Below the pieces are notes generated by a model. That model was not told the DNA's origin. It searched no databases and was given only the letters and a program-made list of their open reading frames with translations. Of a DNA stretch of 64,000 bases, positions 39,032-50,920 are shown one piece after another; position 1 is the stretch's first letter; each line of letters opens with the position of its first letter. The stretch spans positions 903,187 through 967,186 of the forward strand of contig JAWQFM010000004.1 of NCBI GenBank assembly GCA_033442325.1, read 5' to 3'. The translations under genes were made by a program, and so were the position numbers. This DNA is from Salpingoeca rosetta. Taxonomy: Eukaryota > Protista > Choanoflagellata.

Positions 39032-40410
39032 ATGAGTGAGGCGGCATCCTCCTTTGGTCTCGACACCAATCAACTGCGACAAAACCTTACTCCGTGGAGC
39101 GACAGCGCTTGGAGACACCGATCTGACGACGTTCATGACGACACACCAACCCAAACACTTTTTGAGAGAAGGGGCCATGGAGAGACATGGTCTGTGCCAG
39201 ACAGAGAGTCCATTGTGGTTGAAGGCGATGACTCTGTTGTGGTTGAGCGCTGCGCTCAGACATGCCAAGGTGAGACTTGTTGAAAACTTCATCGGCTTGT
39301 GTGAACGCAGGTGCTGATGCATGGGCACAGCACATGTTCACATTGCAACATTGTTGATATGGACCGTAGGACTGTTGTCTGCTTGATTGATCATTGTCTC
39401 ATGACACTGCTTTCTTGCATGGTCAAGTGTATTCATGTGAGGACACGCGATTGCATGCACCTCGCCCCGATCTCACCAAACAGAAGGTGTGTGCGGTGTG
39501 TGTGTATGTGTGTGTGTGTGCGTGTTTGTGTGTGTGTGTGTCTGCTGTGCGAGTGTGCGTTGGCGCGTATGTGTGTGAGTGAGTGTGTACGGTCCATCCG
39601 TCCTTGTGTCTCAATGTTGTGTGTTTGACAATTGCTAAGGCATCCTCCGTGAATACCTCTTCCTCACTGGTTTGCAACTGTGTGTCAGCTGACAACAACA
39701 ACGCGTGAGCTGGTCGAGCTTCGCCAACCCCTACAGGCTGCGCGCACAGGCTTCATGCTTGTGGGTGGGGGACATTCCGGCAAGACGACCACTCTCCACT
39801 CCCTAATGGGTGACGACTTCAGGGAGGACAAAGCTCGCGTCATTGGCACCGACAAGCTGGATCGTTCTGTCGTCGTGACATCCATGGACATCTGCAACTG
39901 GCAGGTGTGTGCGTGCGTGTGTGTGTGTGTCTATTGTGATCGCAGCTTGTCACTTACTGGAGGGCAAGTATCTTTTCCAAGCTCACATGTGCACCTGGAT
40001 TCCACCATGTCACAACAGCCCCTGACGCACGACATCAGTGAATTCGTGCGCACGCTGTCGTACACGGCCCTGCAGAGGACGATTGACCAGCAGCAACAGC
40101 TCAAGGAACAGGTGCAACCTGCAGAAGGCCATGGCATGCAAGACGACAAGCCCCGCCCCTCCTTCTCCTTGTCGCTCAAGCATGAGCGGTCTCATCACAC
40201 ATCTACGACACAAGCCAGCAGGTGTTGCCCCACTGCCTCCACCGAGGAGATTGAGAAGGCAATCAAGGGCATGAACATTTATCTGCCCATCGAGGCAAGC
40301 AAGCCTGGGGTCACCTTCAAAGTGTTTGACCTGGGAGGCCAGTCCACCTTCCACATCTTCTACCCGTTCTTCTTCACCAAGTGAGTGGGATGTATTTGCA
40401 TGTGCGTGTG

Positions 40411-40491
<81 letters not shown>

Positions 40492-43456
40492 GACCACCGC
40501 TCCCCCGCACCACCGCAATTGCCTTCACCCCACACCCTCCTCACTCCACACCACTCCCACAACAGGTACGCGGTGTACCTGCTGGTGTTTTCCATGGAGG
40601 ACCTGCTGCACCAAGACGAGAGCAAGCGAGCAGAGGCGTGGGAGTTTATGGAGCACTGGTTGTCTTCCCTCCACCTTCACGCGAAGGGCGCACCCATCCT
40701 CATCGTCGGCACCTTCGCTGACAAGATCAACGAGCGGAAGCAGCACGAGGGCATCTCACGTGACATTTACAGTCGCCTGCGCCACAATCCCGCTTTCCCT
40801 GGCGTCATCCACAATGACAAGCACGGGCTGTGGTTCTGGCCCGTTGACAACACCAAGTCCATCCGTGACCCCATGATCCAGGACCTGCGCCAGACCATCT
40901 CCTCCACAGCACTGGCGCAGGAGTACGTGAGCCAGGAGGTGGCTGTGCCGTACCTCCACCTCTACGACAAGCTCAACGCCATTGCCCGCGACGAGAAGCG
41001 GCCGCTGCTCACGTTTGATGAGGTGGTGCAGATTGCACGCACATGTGGGCTGCCCACATGCGAGGAGACGAGAGCCTGCCTCCAGTTCCTGCACCTGTAC
41101 TCCATGGTGCTGTACTACGACCACGTGCCAGGCATGGAAGACTATGTGATCCTGAGTCCACAGTGGGCGGTGGACACAATGACGCGCGTCATCCGCAACT
41201 TCGACCTGCACCGCGATGTGCGGGATGGCGAGGCGAGGGCCGTTGGCGCGCAGGTGTGGGACGACCTCGTTGACCGCGGCATCCTGCACCGTCGCCTGCT
41301 TGATGTTCTATGGAAGGAGTTGGGAGGTGACATGATTGAGCCTTTCATTTGCCTCATGAAACATTACGGCCTGTGCATGGAGTACACAACACCAACGGTG
41401 CAACTACCCAGTCATCAACAGCAACATCAACACCACCAACAGTACCTGGTTCCTGCCGTTCTGCCAATGACGATTCGCCACAACACCAGCACGGTGGCGT
41501 CCGTGTCACTGAGCACGACGGCAGCACAGCAGGTCAACCCATATGTTGGTTATGAGGAGAAGACGGCGTTTATCGCCTTCAGCCTGAAACCATTCAAGCG
41601 AAGTGCGAGCGTGCGAGTTGAAGATGCGCAGCAAGCGTCATTCCTGCCAGAGGCTTTGTTCACCGTTGTACTGGCCCATGTGATGGCGCATGCACAGCAC
41701 GGTGCATCGCAGGCGCCCAAGCTGAGTCGCACCCATGCCATCTGCTTCATGGAGTCGACCAAGCTGGAGCTGCAGCTAGTGCCGGCTGTTGGCGGCATCA
41801 AGATGAAGATCACGAGTGCACAGCCGCGCGCCATGCTGCACATGCTGCACACCATGATCAGCGAGGCCGCCAGAGAGCGCTACCCGGAGCTAAAGAGCAG
41901 CCTGTTGGTGCCATTCGACGCCAAGACGCTGCTGTTCTTCGAGGATGTGCTGCACCACCACAAGAGCAAGCAGGACATGTGGGTGCACGAACAGCTCCTG
42001 TCACCCGATGACCTGATCACCAAGTATGACCCTCTCCTGCCCGTTCTCGGCCTGCAGGACAAGTACGACGTCTTCATCAGCTACAGGTACGCTCTGCGGT
42101 TTGTTGTGCTGACACTGCAAATGTTTTGCAGCACCTTGACGCAAATGATGCGTCCGCTTCCTCGTTCAGACTTACCCTTCCTCAATGCTTGAACACTCCT
42201 TCAGGCTCGAAGAGGTCTTCGCTCTCTTGTCAGCAATCGCCAACTTGCAAGGCGCACAGAATCGGCTCAAAGTGCGCGCAGATGCGTGCGACATACTTCC
42301 GACGCCATTGCTGCGACGCACGACCCTGAACGCGTTGGCCCAAAGCACCGTCGTTTGTCCCGTCATATCTGTCTCATCGATCGAACAGATTGTGAAGGAC
42401 TGTCATGACGGCAAACCGAGTGAGCTCCTGCTCGAGTGGACAGCTATTCTTAGTATGAAGGATCTCGTCCGCGGCGACGACAGCGCAGCTGCGCAGAAGC
42501 TACGCCTGCGAACCGTCATTCCAATTATCGTGGCAGCCCCATCTCACCGGAGCGATGATGCCGCCGTGCCAGCCTCACATGAAATCGTGGTTGTGATGCA
42601 GCGGGCCGCAGCGCAGTTGCCGGACACTTCTCATGACCCAACAATGACCACGCTTACTTCGGAATGGAATGTGGGCGTTCAGCTGCCATCGAACCTGCCG
42701 ACACCGCACGTGGTCGTTACAGAGTTGATGGGGAGGGCCGAGGCTGCCGCTGTACCGGTGCTTCAGTCACAACATGACGACTTCGCCACCAACATCGAAC
42801 GATACCTTCTCATTATCATGGACTCTGTACAGGAGCACGGACAATCTGTACACACACGACCAGAAAGTGCAAAGCAACTGCGACAAAAGGCAAAACAATT
42901 GTTCAACCAAACTTACCGACTGCTATGGGGCTTGTCACGGAAGGATCGCGTATTTCTGGCTCAGGAGTGCGACATTGATGCACCCGTGGACATGACGATT
43001 CAGGACCTCATTCGTGGCCTCACAGACACAGTACCTGAAGATGACCCGCTTGGCCTGCCTTTCTTCCATGCGGACAGCCGCCTTAAATGTTTGCTGGAGT
43101 GCGCTGAACGTAGCCTGGGTCCAGACAAGGAAGTGTGCACACGGATTCGTCAACGGCAACAGATCCTGGCACAACTGGATGGACAAGCAGGCTCATCTTC
43201 GGCCGAGGACCAGTCTGCTCATGGCTTGCCTGGTTTTGTTCCGAGAGTTCCATTGCTGTCCTGCTTCCTGCTTCTTGCGCTGTTCTTTGTCTTTGGTTAC
43301 GGTGCGTTCTTCGCATCACTCAGTGTCAGTGTCAGTGACTTGTGTGCATGGCTTCTGCACTGGATCGGCCTTGTTTGAGCAATACAGCTTGTGTTTCTCG
43401 TTTCATAAATGGCAGTGGTCATGTCACTCACAGAAGCATTTCGTGCAAAGGAGTAA
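39032..43456 (+). CDS. ROCO-family protein: Roc GTPase - COR - TIR - X domain - C-terminal TM (~1177 aa). Exons 39032-39269, 39428-39486, 39689-39904, 40019-40380, 40566-42086, 42205-43301, 43416-43456
   Basis: P-loop 'MLVGGGHSGKTT', G3 'FDLGGQ', G4 'LIVGTFAD'. COR 'VILSPQW', 'GIL', 'YLVPAVLP', 'FLPEALF'. TIR 'YDVFISYR|..ALAQSTVVCPVIS..LLLEW..VIPIIV'. Exons join in frame through GT-AG sites (3534 nt). The first two exons and the last exon are less certain; unspliced, the stop is at 43378. Confidence 0.82.
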
Positions 43457-43629
43457 ACTGTTTCCAATAAAGGCAATAATTTCCTTCGACGAAAGGGGAA
43501 AGGAGGTGGTGTTCTTGAAAGAACCTTGAGGAATTTTGTGCGAGGTTTCGTGTGAGGATGCACTTCACAAGCAGAAGCACTTCATTTTCTGCATGTATGT
43601 TGTTCACTGTCACTGACCCAACATCCAAC

Positions 43630-45681
43630 ATGCCGACAAGACGGGAGATTAACTCTGCGTTTGCCAAAATCAAAGGCGAACTGTGGGACCTATCACCTGG
43701 TGACATTGTCAAGCTGGCATCGGCTTGTGGTTTCAGGGGCAGAAATCTTTCTGGACCAGATCTTATCTACAAGCTTGAGTCCCATGTGCCCGAGAATGAG
43801 TCATATCCGTACCTCAGTCCCAAAAGCACCATGCAAACTCTTCTGGAGATTGCTCAGGATTCGTTGGGTGTGGAAGGCGCTGAGCCCCGGCTTTGTCTTC
43901 TTTTGATTCGGTGGCAGGAGGTGTCTGGCCTTCGACCACAACCCCGTGCTGAACCTGAAGTCGTTGTCAATCCCCCACGCCTTGAGCCACGGCAACCCGC
44001 AGCACACCAACCTCCTCAGGCAGCATCGGCGGAGGTTCCACCACAGCCCCAAAGACAGTAAGTCACTTTCGATTCAAATGCTGCTGTCATGCATTGTGGT
44101 GTTCCGGTCCTTGTGCCACACTCATCGTGCTGTGCGTAATGTTGCTGTTTCAGAGTTGTGGAACAAGCCGAGGAAGACACCAGCCAGACCAGTCCTCTGC
44201 ACACCGCTCCACCACAGCAGTTGTTGGAGTTTATCGAGAACGAAATTGTCAACCTCGAATCACAAGACAGGGCGAAGCTTGCCAATGAATGCAGACTGGA
44301 CAGCACCTTGAAACCAGCGGAGCTGGTGCACAAGCTGAAAACAACACGAATTGGACGATATCCAATCCTCAGCGGTGATGGCGACATGGATCCACTTTTG
44401 GCAGCTGTGGAACGCGCCCTGCCCCGAGATCACTTGCTGGAGAAGCTGATTCAGCTGTGGCAAGTTGCTGCAGACAAGAAACCTGGCGATCGAGACGAAC
44501 TGGCAACTGCGCTGCTAACACAATTCTGTCCCTTCCAAGTGCCTGCTGAAACAGCTCCACCGTAAGCCGCTCTCCATTGCTGTTAGACTCAAAATTACTT
44601 GACTTTTGCGCTGTTCCTTGTTCATCCATTCGCAACACGACTGCTTTTACCCACCCTCACGGCCACCACTTGTACGCGCTTCGTTCCTTGTCAACATAAC
44701 AGGGTTGTGATCGTTTGTGCCAAGCCATACGAGTTTGAAGCCATGAACCGCGCACTTGCTCGTTTGGCGGACGTTCGCCGGCACCCGTCTTCAATTGGCC
44801 ATAACTTTGAGAGTGGTTACCGCGGCGAGGAGCGTCTGCCATTCAATCGCTACGATTTCATCATGAGGAAGCGCGGGAAATCGATTCCCATCACTGTGTC
44901 GCGGTTCACTGCAAAGCTGCAAGGTCCAGTTGAGTGCGGCATCCATGCAGGCCAGGTCATCACCACGCTCAAGCCGTCGCACATGGGCATGATTGGCGTC
45001 TGTGGCGGTCATCGCCTCGGAGACATCATCATCGCCACCGAAGCCAAGGACGCTCGTGCCGGGCGCATGGTCATCTCCGCGGACGACGCTCTTGAAAGCG
45101 TGGACCCCGTCGCCTACGACCCAGACTTTCAGGGCTACTTGCAGCGATATGTGTTCAAGCGAGCCAAGCGCCATGAAGTCACGTCCACCTGGACCGGGTC
45201 GGGTGTGGTGGCTGACCACCTGGCGAACACATTCCATCCAACCTCGAGTGCCAACGTACACAAAGAGTCAGTGCTTCACACATACCCTCAGGTGCGTGAG
45301 GACTGCGCGGGACTTGTTCAACTGGACGAAGGCTTGGACATGGAGGCATTCCCGTTCTTCAAGGCCATTCATATGGCAAACGACTCCAAAGCGTACGACA
45401 TTACCGCGCTTCCGGTGATGAAGGCGGTGAGCGACACCAGTGTGCTAGCCCTTGGTGAAGGCAGTGACGCAGCTTTGCAAGAGAGGCAGGACACCAACGA
45501 CTCTGTGTTCTGCCAGGCGCTTGGTTTGGATCTCGCAGAGTTCAAGAGGCAAAAGCAAACGGCCCAGCAAGACCCCAAGCTGCACGAGAAGCGTCGCAGG
45601 CGCTTCCGAACCATTGCCGCCGCTAAGGCCGCCGCCGTCATGGCCGATTTCCTCGACCAGGCCCCATTCCTTCGGAAGTGA
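43630..45681 (+). CDS. X-X-PNP protein: two DED-like helical domains plus a PNP_UDP_1/Pfs-type nucleosidase (604 aa). Exons 43630-44057, 44154-44561, 44703-45681
   Basis: Two GTAAG...AG phase-2 introns join three ORFs in frame (1815 nt). PNP motifs 'VIVCAKPYEFEAM', 'GPVECG', 'MIGVCGG..LGDIII', 'GLDMEA', 'VMKAVSD' and 'AAAKAAAV'. Confidence 0.85.
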
Positions 45682-46931
45682 TGGCTCTCATGCCGCGCGA
45701 GTGTCTTCGTCATGTCATCACGCTTGCTTCCATCTCACTGCCTGTGACGCCTCACTCAACTGGCATTTGTTTCACCTGTTGTATTGTCCGTTGTCGCTTC
45801 CACGTTGCCCACCCTTCCACACGCCGCCTTTGGTGTTTCCTTCGCTTTTTTCGTTCACTTCCTCGGTCAGTTGCAGAGCTGTAGCCTCTTTTCATCTTCT
45901 TACAACAACGTTTCTGAAGCACCATACACTGGTCTTTCTCAGTCCCTCGAATGCATAGAAGCAACGGTCACACAGAGCCAAAAGAGGGCACGATTAGACG
46001 CGCATGGGCCTCTTGCTGTCGGTGCAACTGCCAGCACCACTCAGCACATCTGCGATCTTCTTGTTGTGTGTGCGACACAAAGAGCGCGGTTCCATTGCCC
46101 ACTGCATCGTGGAGTGGCTGCCACTGCTTGTGCAACAGATCAATAACACACGCGCAGCAGCTGTCCCTCTTCTATTGTTGCACCACAGCGACGAGCTGCT
46201 TGCTGGCTGGCCAGCTTGCGTGAACGCGTGGAAGGCCTTCTTTGTGATCGCATCCACAAACCATCCAAGTGCGTGTGCTTGCTCGTTTGCTGTCCTTTGC
46301 TTCTTGTTGGCGAAAAGAGTGGCGCTCACATTGACAAAACGCACCACGCTGTTTGCTTCCTTCTTTGCTTGCCATGTTGACAGAGAAGGAAAATCCTTGC
46401 GTTTCTGGCAACACCTGCCACCCGATTTGGAAGCACTTTCCCGCCCTGCAGCACAAAGCAAAAAGATAAAACAACACAACAATACACAATACACCACAAC
46501 AGTTATTGTGTTGTCGCACACACTCTCCACTGCCACAACAAGCCAACGTGCGCTCGCTCTGTTGTGCGACGCATGTGGACGCCATCCGTGCTCTTCTTCA
46601 CCTTCTTGCTCGTTTGCTGCACTGATGGCTCTTGCCACAGACACAGACAGGTGCACCACGGCGGTGGCAGGATCATGTGTTGTGCAAGAGAAAGCGTGGC
46701 GGTTGTTGGGGAGGATCAAAGTTGTGATTGACACAAGAAGGTCGGCACCTTCCCTTCCACATCAACGCATCAACACCAGCCATCCATCCCACTGATGGAC
46801 TCAAGTCAGTCCAACGGGCATGGTGGACGTGAACGGTGTGCTTGCACCAGTGCAGCAGAGAATGGAGCACAGTGCTGCAGGAGCACCCATCAGCCAATGG
46901 CGAGGACGCCTCATAGACAACGCACCATCGT

Positions 46932-47597
46932 GTGACACGCCTGAAGAGGCAAGTGATGTGCATCACCTCAGCAAACCACAGGGGATATGGCAACGTGGCA
47001 TGGGTGGTGTCGTGCCCACCCCCCCCACAACAACAACAACAAGAGCAACAGCTTGACCTGTGCGCAGAGACGTGTATCTGTGCCCTCATCGATCCCTACC
47101 ATCCACCCCTGTTTGACGCAGCGACCACAGTTCCAGCGAGAAACGGCCTCATCTACATGCTGCTCAGCACCTCTTGTTACAAACAAGGACAATGCCCTCA
47201 TCAGCGACTGCGACACTGTATCCACTATCCTCGATTGATCCAAGGACCACCAACACAGCTGTCTGATGAGGCACGCCAGCTGGAAACGGCATCATCCACT
47301 ACTGCTGCATCCCACGAAGCACATTCGCTGGCACTCTTGGTGCGGGAGGCAACCTCACAGGCATTCAACGACCTCATCTCCAACGTCCCAGCCAGCAGAT
47401 CGTTCGACGACGACGATGCTTGCCATCGGCACAGCTCCACATACAGCGATTACAGTACAGTGGGCTGGCGGCGTGCTTGCGTCAAACGGCAACATCAACG
47501 ACCAGCATCAGGAGGCGTGCTTGCTATGAATGGCCTTGTCCACTGCATTCCTCCCGCCAACGCCGTGTCTCTGCTCGTCATCGACCCAGTGTGCTGA
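46932..47597 (+). pseudogene. Degenerate copy 4 of the beta-propeller family, opposite orientation
   Basis: 'ALIDP', 'ARNGLIYM' and 'GGVLAMNGLVHCIP..LLVIDPVC*', with frameshifts. Confidence 0.7.
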
Positions 47598-48349
47598 TGT
47601 GACGAAATGTGGTACGCGTGTATCGTGCATGGGTGCTTGTCTTCTTCTCCACTTGTGTGTCTGCTTCCCTGCTCGGCTTAGATCTTCTTCGTGGGCTGTG
47701 TTTCAGCGCCTTTCTGTTTCTTCCACCACTTTGTTCTGTCTCCCTTCCCTCCTCCCTACTAGCCTCCCTGGAGCCACTTTGTGCGCACCCACTGCTGCTG
47801 TTACGTCACCCTTCTTCTTGCTTCTGTCCCACGTCATTCTTTCCCTCCTCCTCTTCACCTTGTCTTCCTTTTTGCACGCTCACCACCCTTGCCGCGTGTA
47901 CTCCTTCCGTTTTGCCGTGGCTCAAACCAATACAGTGAACCTGCAGCGTTTGCGACCATGTTGTGCACTTGCTCTTCATCGTGTGATGGAATCCACGACA
48001 TCTTTTGAAACTACTACTTCAGAGCTTGCCCCTCATCGTGAAGATCCCTTGCGTTTGGTGCTGAGCACTCACAGCTTCGCACAACACTGACAAAGGTGAA
48101 GAAGGAGATGATCTTTGCTTCTCGTCTTCTTGCGGGTGGCCTCCATGATGAGCACGAGCAAAAGCAAGCTGCGCCTCACCCCCAACTGGATTGAGGTGGT
48201 CACTCCATCGATCAACGCCCATGCGAGCTGTTGCTGTTGCTGTTTATTGCTGCGGTCTTGTGAACAGCGCACGAAAAGATGGAACGGAACAACAGCGCAA
48301 GAATCAATGAAACATGCAAGACATGCGCAATACGAGAGCACTTAGACAC

Positions 48350-48414
<65 letters not shown>

Positions 48415-48420
48415 ACACAC

Positions 48421-49100
48421 TCAACACGGTTGTGGGCACTGAATGGTGGACACGCTGGAATCGGCCCTGATGCACGAGCCGAGGCCCCTGCAGTCGAGCT
48501 GGGTGAGGTCCGTGTCCGTGACATCAAGGTAGCCAGAAACGGTGGTGAGGGCTCCAAAGTTGATGGTGTTGAGGAGGCTGTTTGTGCTGCAGTCCAAGTA
48601 GCCGTCAATGCGGACGAGGACAGAGCCAAAGTCGATGGAATCAAAGTCGTTGCTGCTGAGGTCCAAGTAGCCGCCCACGTGTGTGAGCTTGGGAAAGGTT
48701 ACATTGCCCAGCTTGTCGTGGAGGTATGGTCAAGGAATCAAAAGGAAGCCGCCGATGTGAGCGAGGCTCTTGGAGTTGAAGGCGTCGAGTGAGTTCAAGC
48801 CAATGTTCAGGCTGCCGCCAACGCTGGTCAGGTTGCGCAGGTGGGATGAGGTGGGTGTGGTGGTCAATGCGAGATCCACGGAACCCGTGACACTGGTGAG
48901 CGAGCAAAAGTCAACGCTGCCGATCGAGTTGTCAACGCTGCTGCTCAGTTAGCCACCAATGGACGCGTCAGTGGCGTGAGGGTGGTGTTGGCTATTGGCA
49001 GCTTGCTTGCAGCTGCGCAGGTTCGGAACTTCCCCTTGTACCGTGACACGATGTTGGTCATGCTCGTCAAAGAAGCTGTGCCGGACACGCCGCCAGCACT
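48421..49100 (-). pseudogene. Receptor L-domain-like leucine-rich repeat protein remnant
   Basis: Repeats 'LTSVTGSVDL', 'LTSVGGSLNI', 'LAHIGGFL', 'FPKLTHVGGYLDL' and 'LTTVSGYLDV', interrupted by in-frame stops. Confidence 0.65.
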
Positions 49101-49409
49101 CAACCACAAACGCGTGGATATGACGGGTGACATGCTGCATCCCACAGCACACCAAGACCTTGTGCGCCCTTCATCTGTTGTGGGTGTGGCAATAGACAAT
49201 GATGGAATGATGCGACGGTGAGGGGAAAGGGTGCACAGTGGCGCGAGATGGACAAGGACGCGGCCGCTAGCGAAGACACTTGCGTGAGCCCTCCAACATG
49301 CATATGCACACGTGGAAAAGGGTCTGGTGCCGCGTTCATCGCATGCCACGCCAACAAAATCCTGCTTCTGGTAGTCTGGTGGCCTTGCCGAGTGTCGCAA
49401 AGGATCTGT

Positions 49410-49580
49410 ACGCTAAGTGTAGCTGATACAGCAACAGCCATCAATGTCCGCGAGTACAAGTTCAACATCCTCATGACCCCTGAACCTGCAATACGCGAGA
49501 TCACAAGTGAGCGCACCTGTGAGAATGCATATGCGCCCGCTCACATCATGATACGGTCATACGGTCGTCTATTATCACAC

Positions 49581-49661
<81 letters not shown>

Positions 49662-50353
49662 GCACGCACGCACGCACACACATACACACACACACACACA
49701 CACAAAACATCGTCTTACCGAACAGCGACGACGTCTGCTTCTGGGAGACACTCAATGTCCACTACACCATCGTGATGCGCAAGTATGGTGCATAGCTCGT
49801 GCAGACCCATGGGACACGCGGTAATGCGCACTTCAAGACCCTGCTGGAGTCGAGGCCCACCACGTCGGTGCTGCTGTCCTTGGGTCTTCTCGTGGGGTTG
49901 TTGTTGCGTCTGTTGTGACGGCTCACGCCGCTGAGAGGAAGCTGCTGGTGTGCTTGCTGTAGGCGCCTCAAACTCCTTTGCTTGCAACCAACCGTGTTGT
50001 TCATGCGTTGCATCCACGCAAGGCGTGACAGACACCCCAGCAATTGGCACGTGCTGTTGAAGGCGCGCATGTGGTGCGTCTCGATGGTGTGCGACCAAAG
50101 CGTTGATCCGAGGGGACGCGACAAAGGCGCAATGAGCACAGCGGCTTGTCAGCACGTCGTGTGCCTTCAACGCCGATGCTGCGCAAACCCATGTGACACG
50201 AGTCGTCGTTCCATCGCCTTGCTCATCCACGAACGTGAAGCTCACATGCTCCTGCTGGAACAGCGCCTCCAAATCGCACGCACTGCGAGGACAGATGATG
50301 CCAAGGTGATCAGGCACATCGGGGTCAAAGACGAGAGGAAAAGGATCAGCCAT
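49410..50353 (-). pseudogene. RRM-like paralogue 4, probably degenerate. Exons 50353-49719 and 49485-~49410
   Basis: 'AASALKAHDVLTSR..FVASPRI' matches paralogues 1 and 3. Same phase-2 'VAVR|FRGHEDVELVLADIDG' junction, followed by a stop or frameshift. Confidence 0.6.
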
Positions 50354-50920
50354 GTGGCGCCTTCGTGCGGTTCGTTGGGCGGTGTTGACTGTTGACTTCT
50401 TGGTGGCAACACCGCAAGGCAATGCTTCGACGGCTTGTGGTGAGGCGGTGAGTGCAGGCCTGCGAGTACACAGAAGCGAGACGGTGGAAGCGAAATGTAA
50501 ACAAACAAAGGCGTTGGCGCGCATGTGGTCGGGTGCAGCGATGTGTGGTGTGTGCTGCGGTGATGTGGGTGAACGAACCTGCAGACGTAAATGTGCATGT
50601 GTGTGCATGACGAGTTGACGCATTGTTGTTGATCACCACGTGTGTGGAAGGGATGTGACTAGCGGAGTCATTGGGGAGCACTCATCAAGCAAAGTCAAGC
50701 GGGAGACCGATTCGGGCTGGGGGGGCGGATGCGTGAGCAACAATTGCGTGCGGTGGGCTGGAACATGCACACTGTGTGGGTGGCGTCACGCACAAGGTGC
50801 GATTGCCTCAAACACAAGATGCGCGAGGGATGGGAGGGGAGAACAAGGAAAGTCAGCGTGAGCGGTGTGATGTTGTGATGCAGCGTTCTCGCTCCTCAAG
50901 TCACCCTGCCAACAGCAGCA

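Noticed and set aside
43302-43629. Possibility that the ROCO and PNP genes form one spliced gene
   Set aside because: Gene A has a plausible TM and stop and gene B has its own ATG directly before X2. Not excluded without transcripts.
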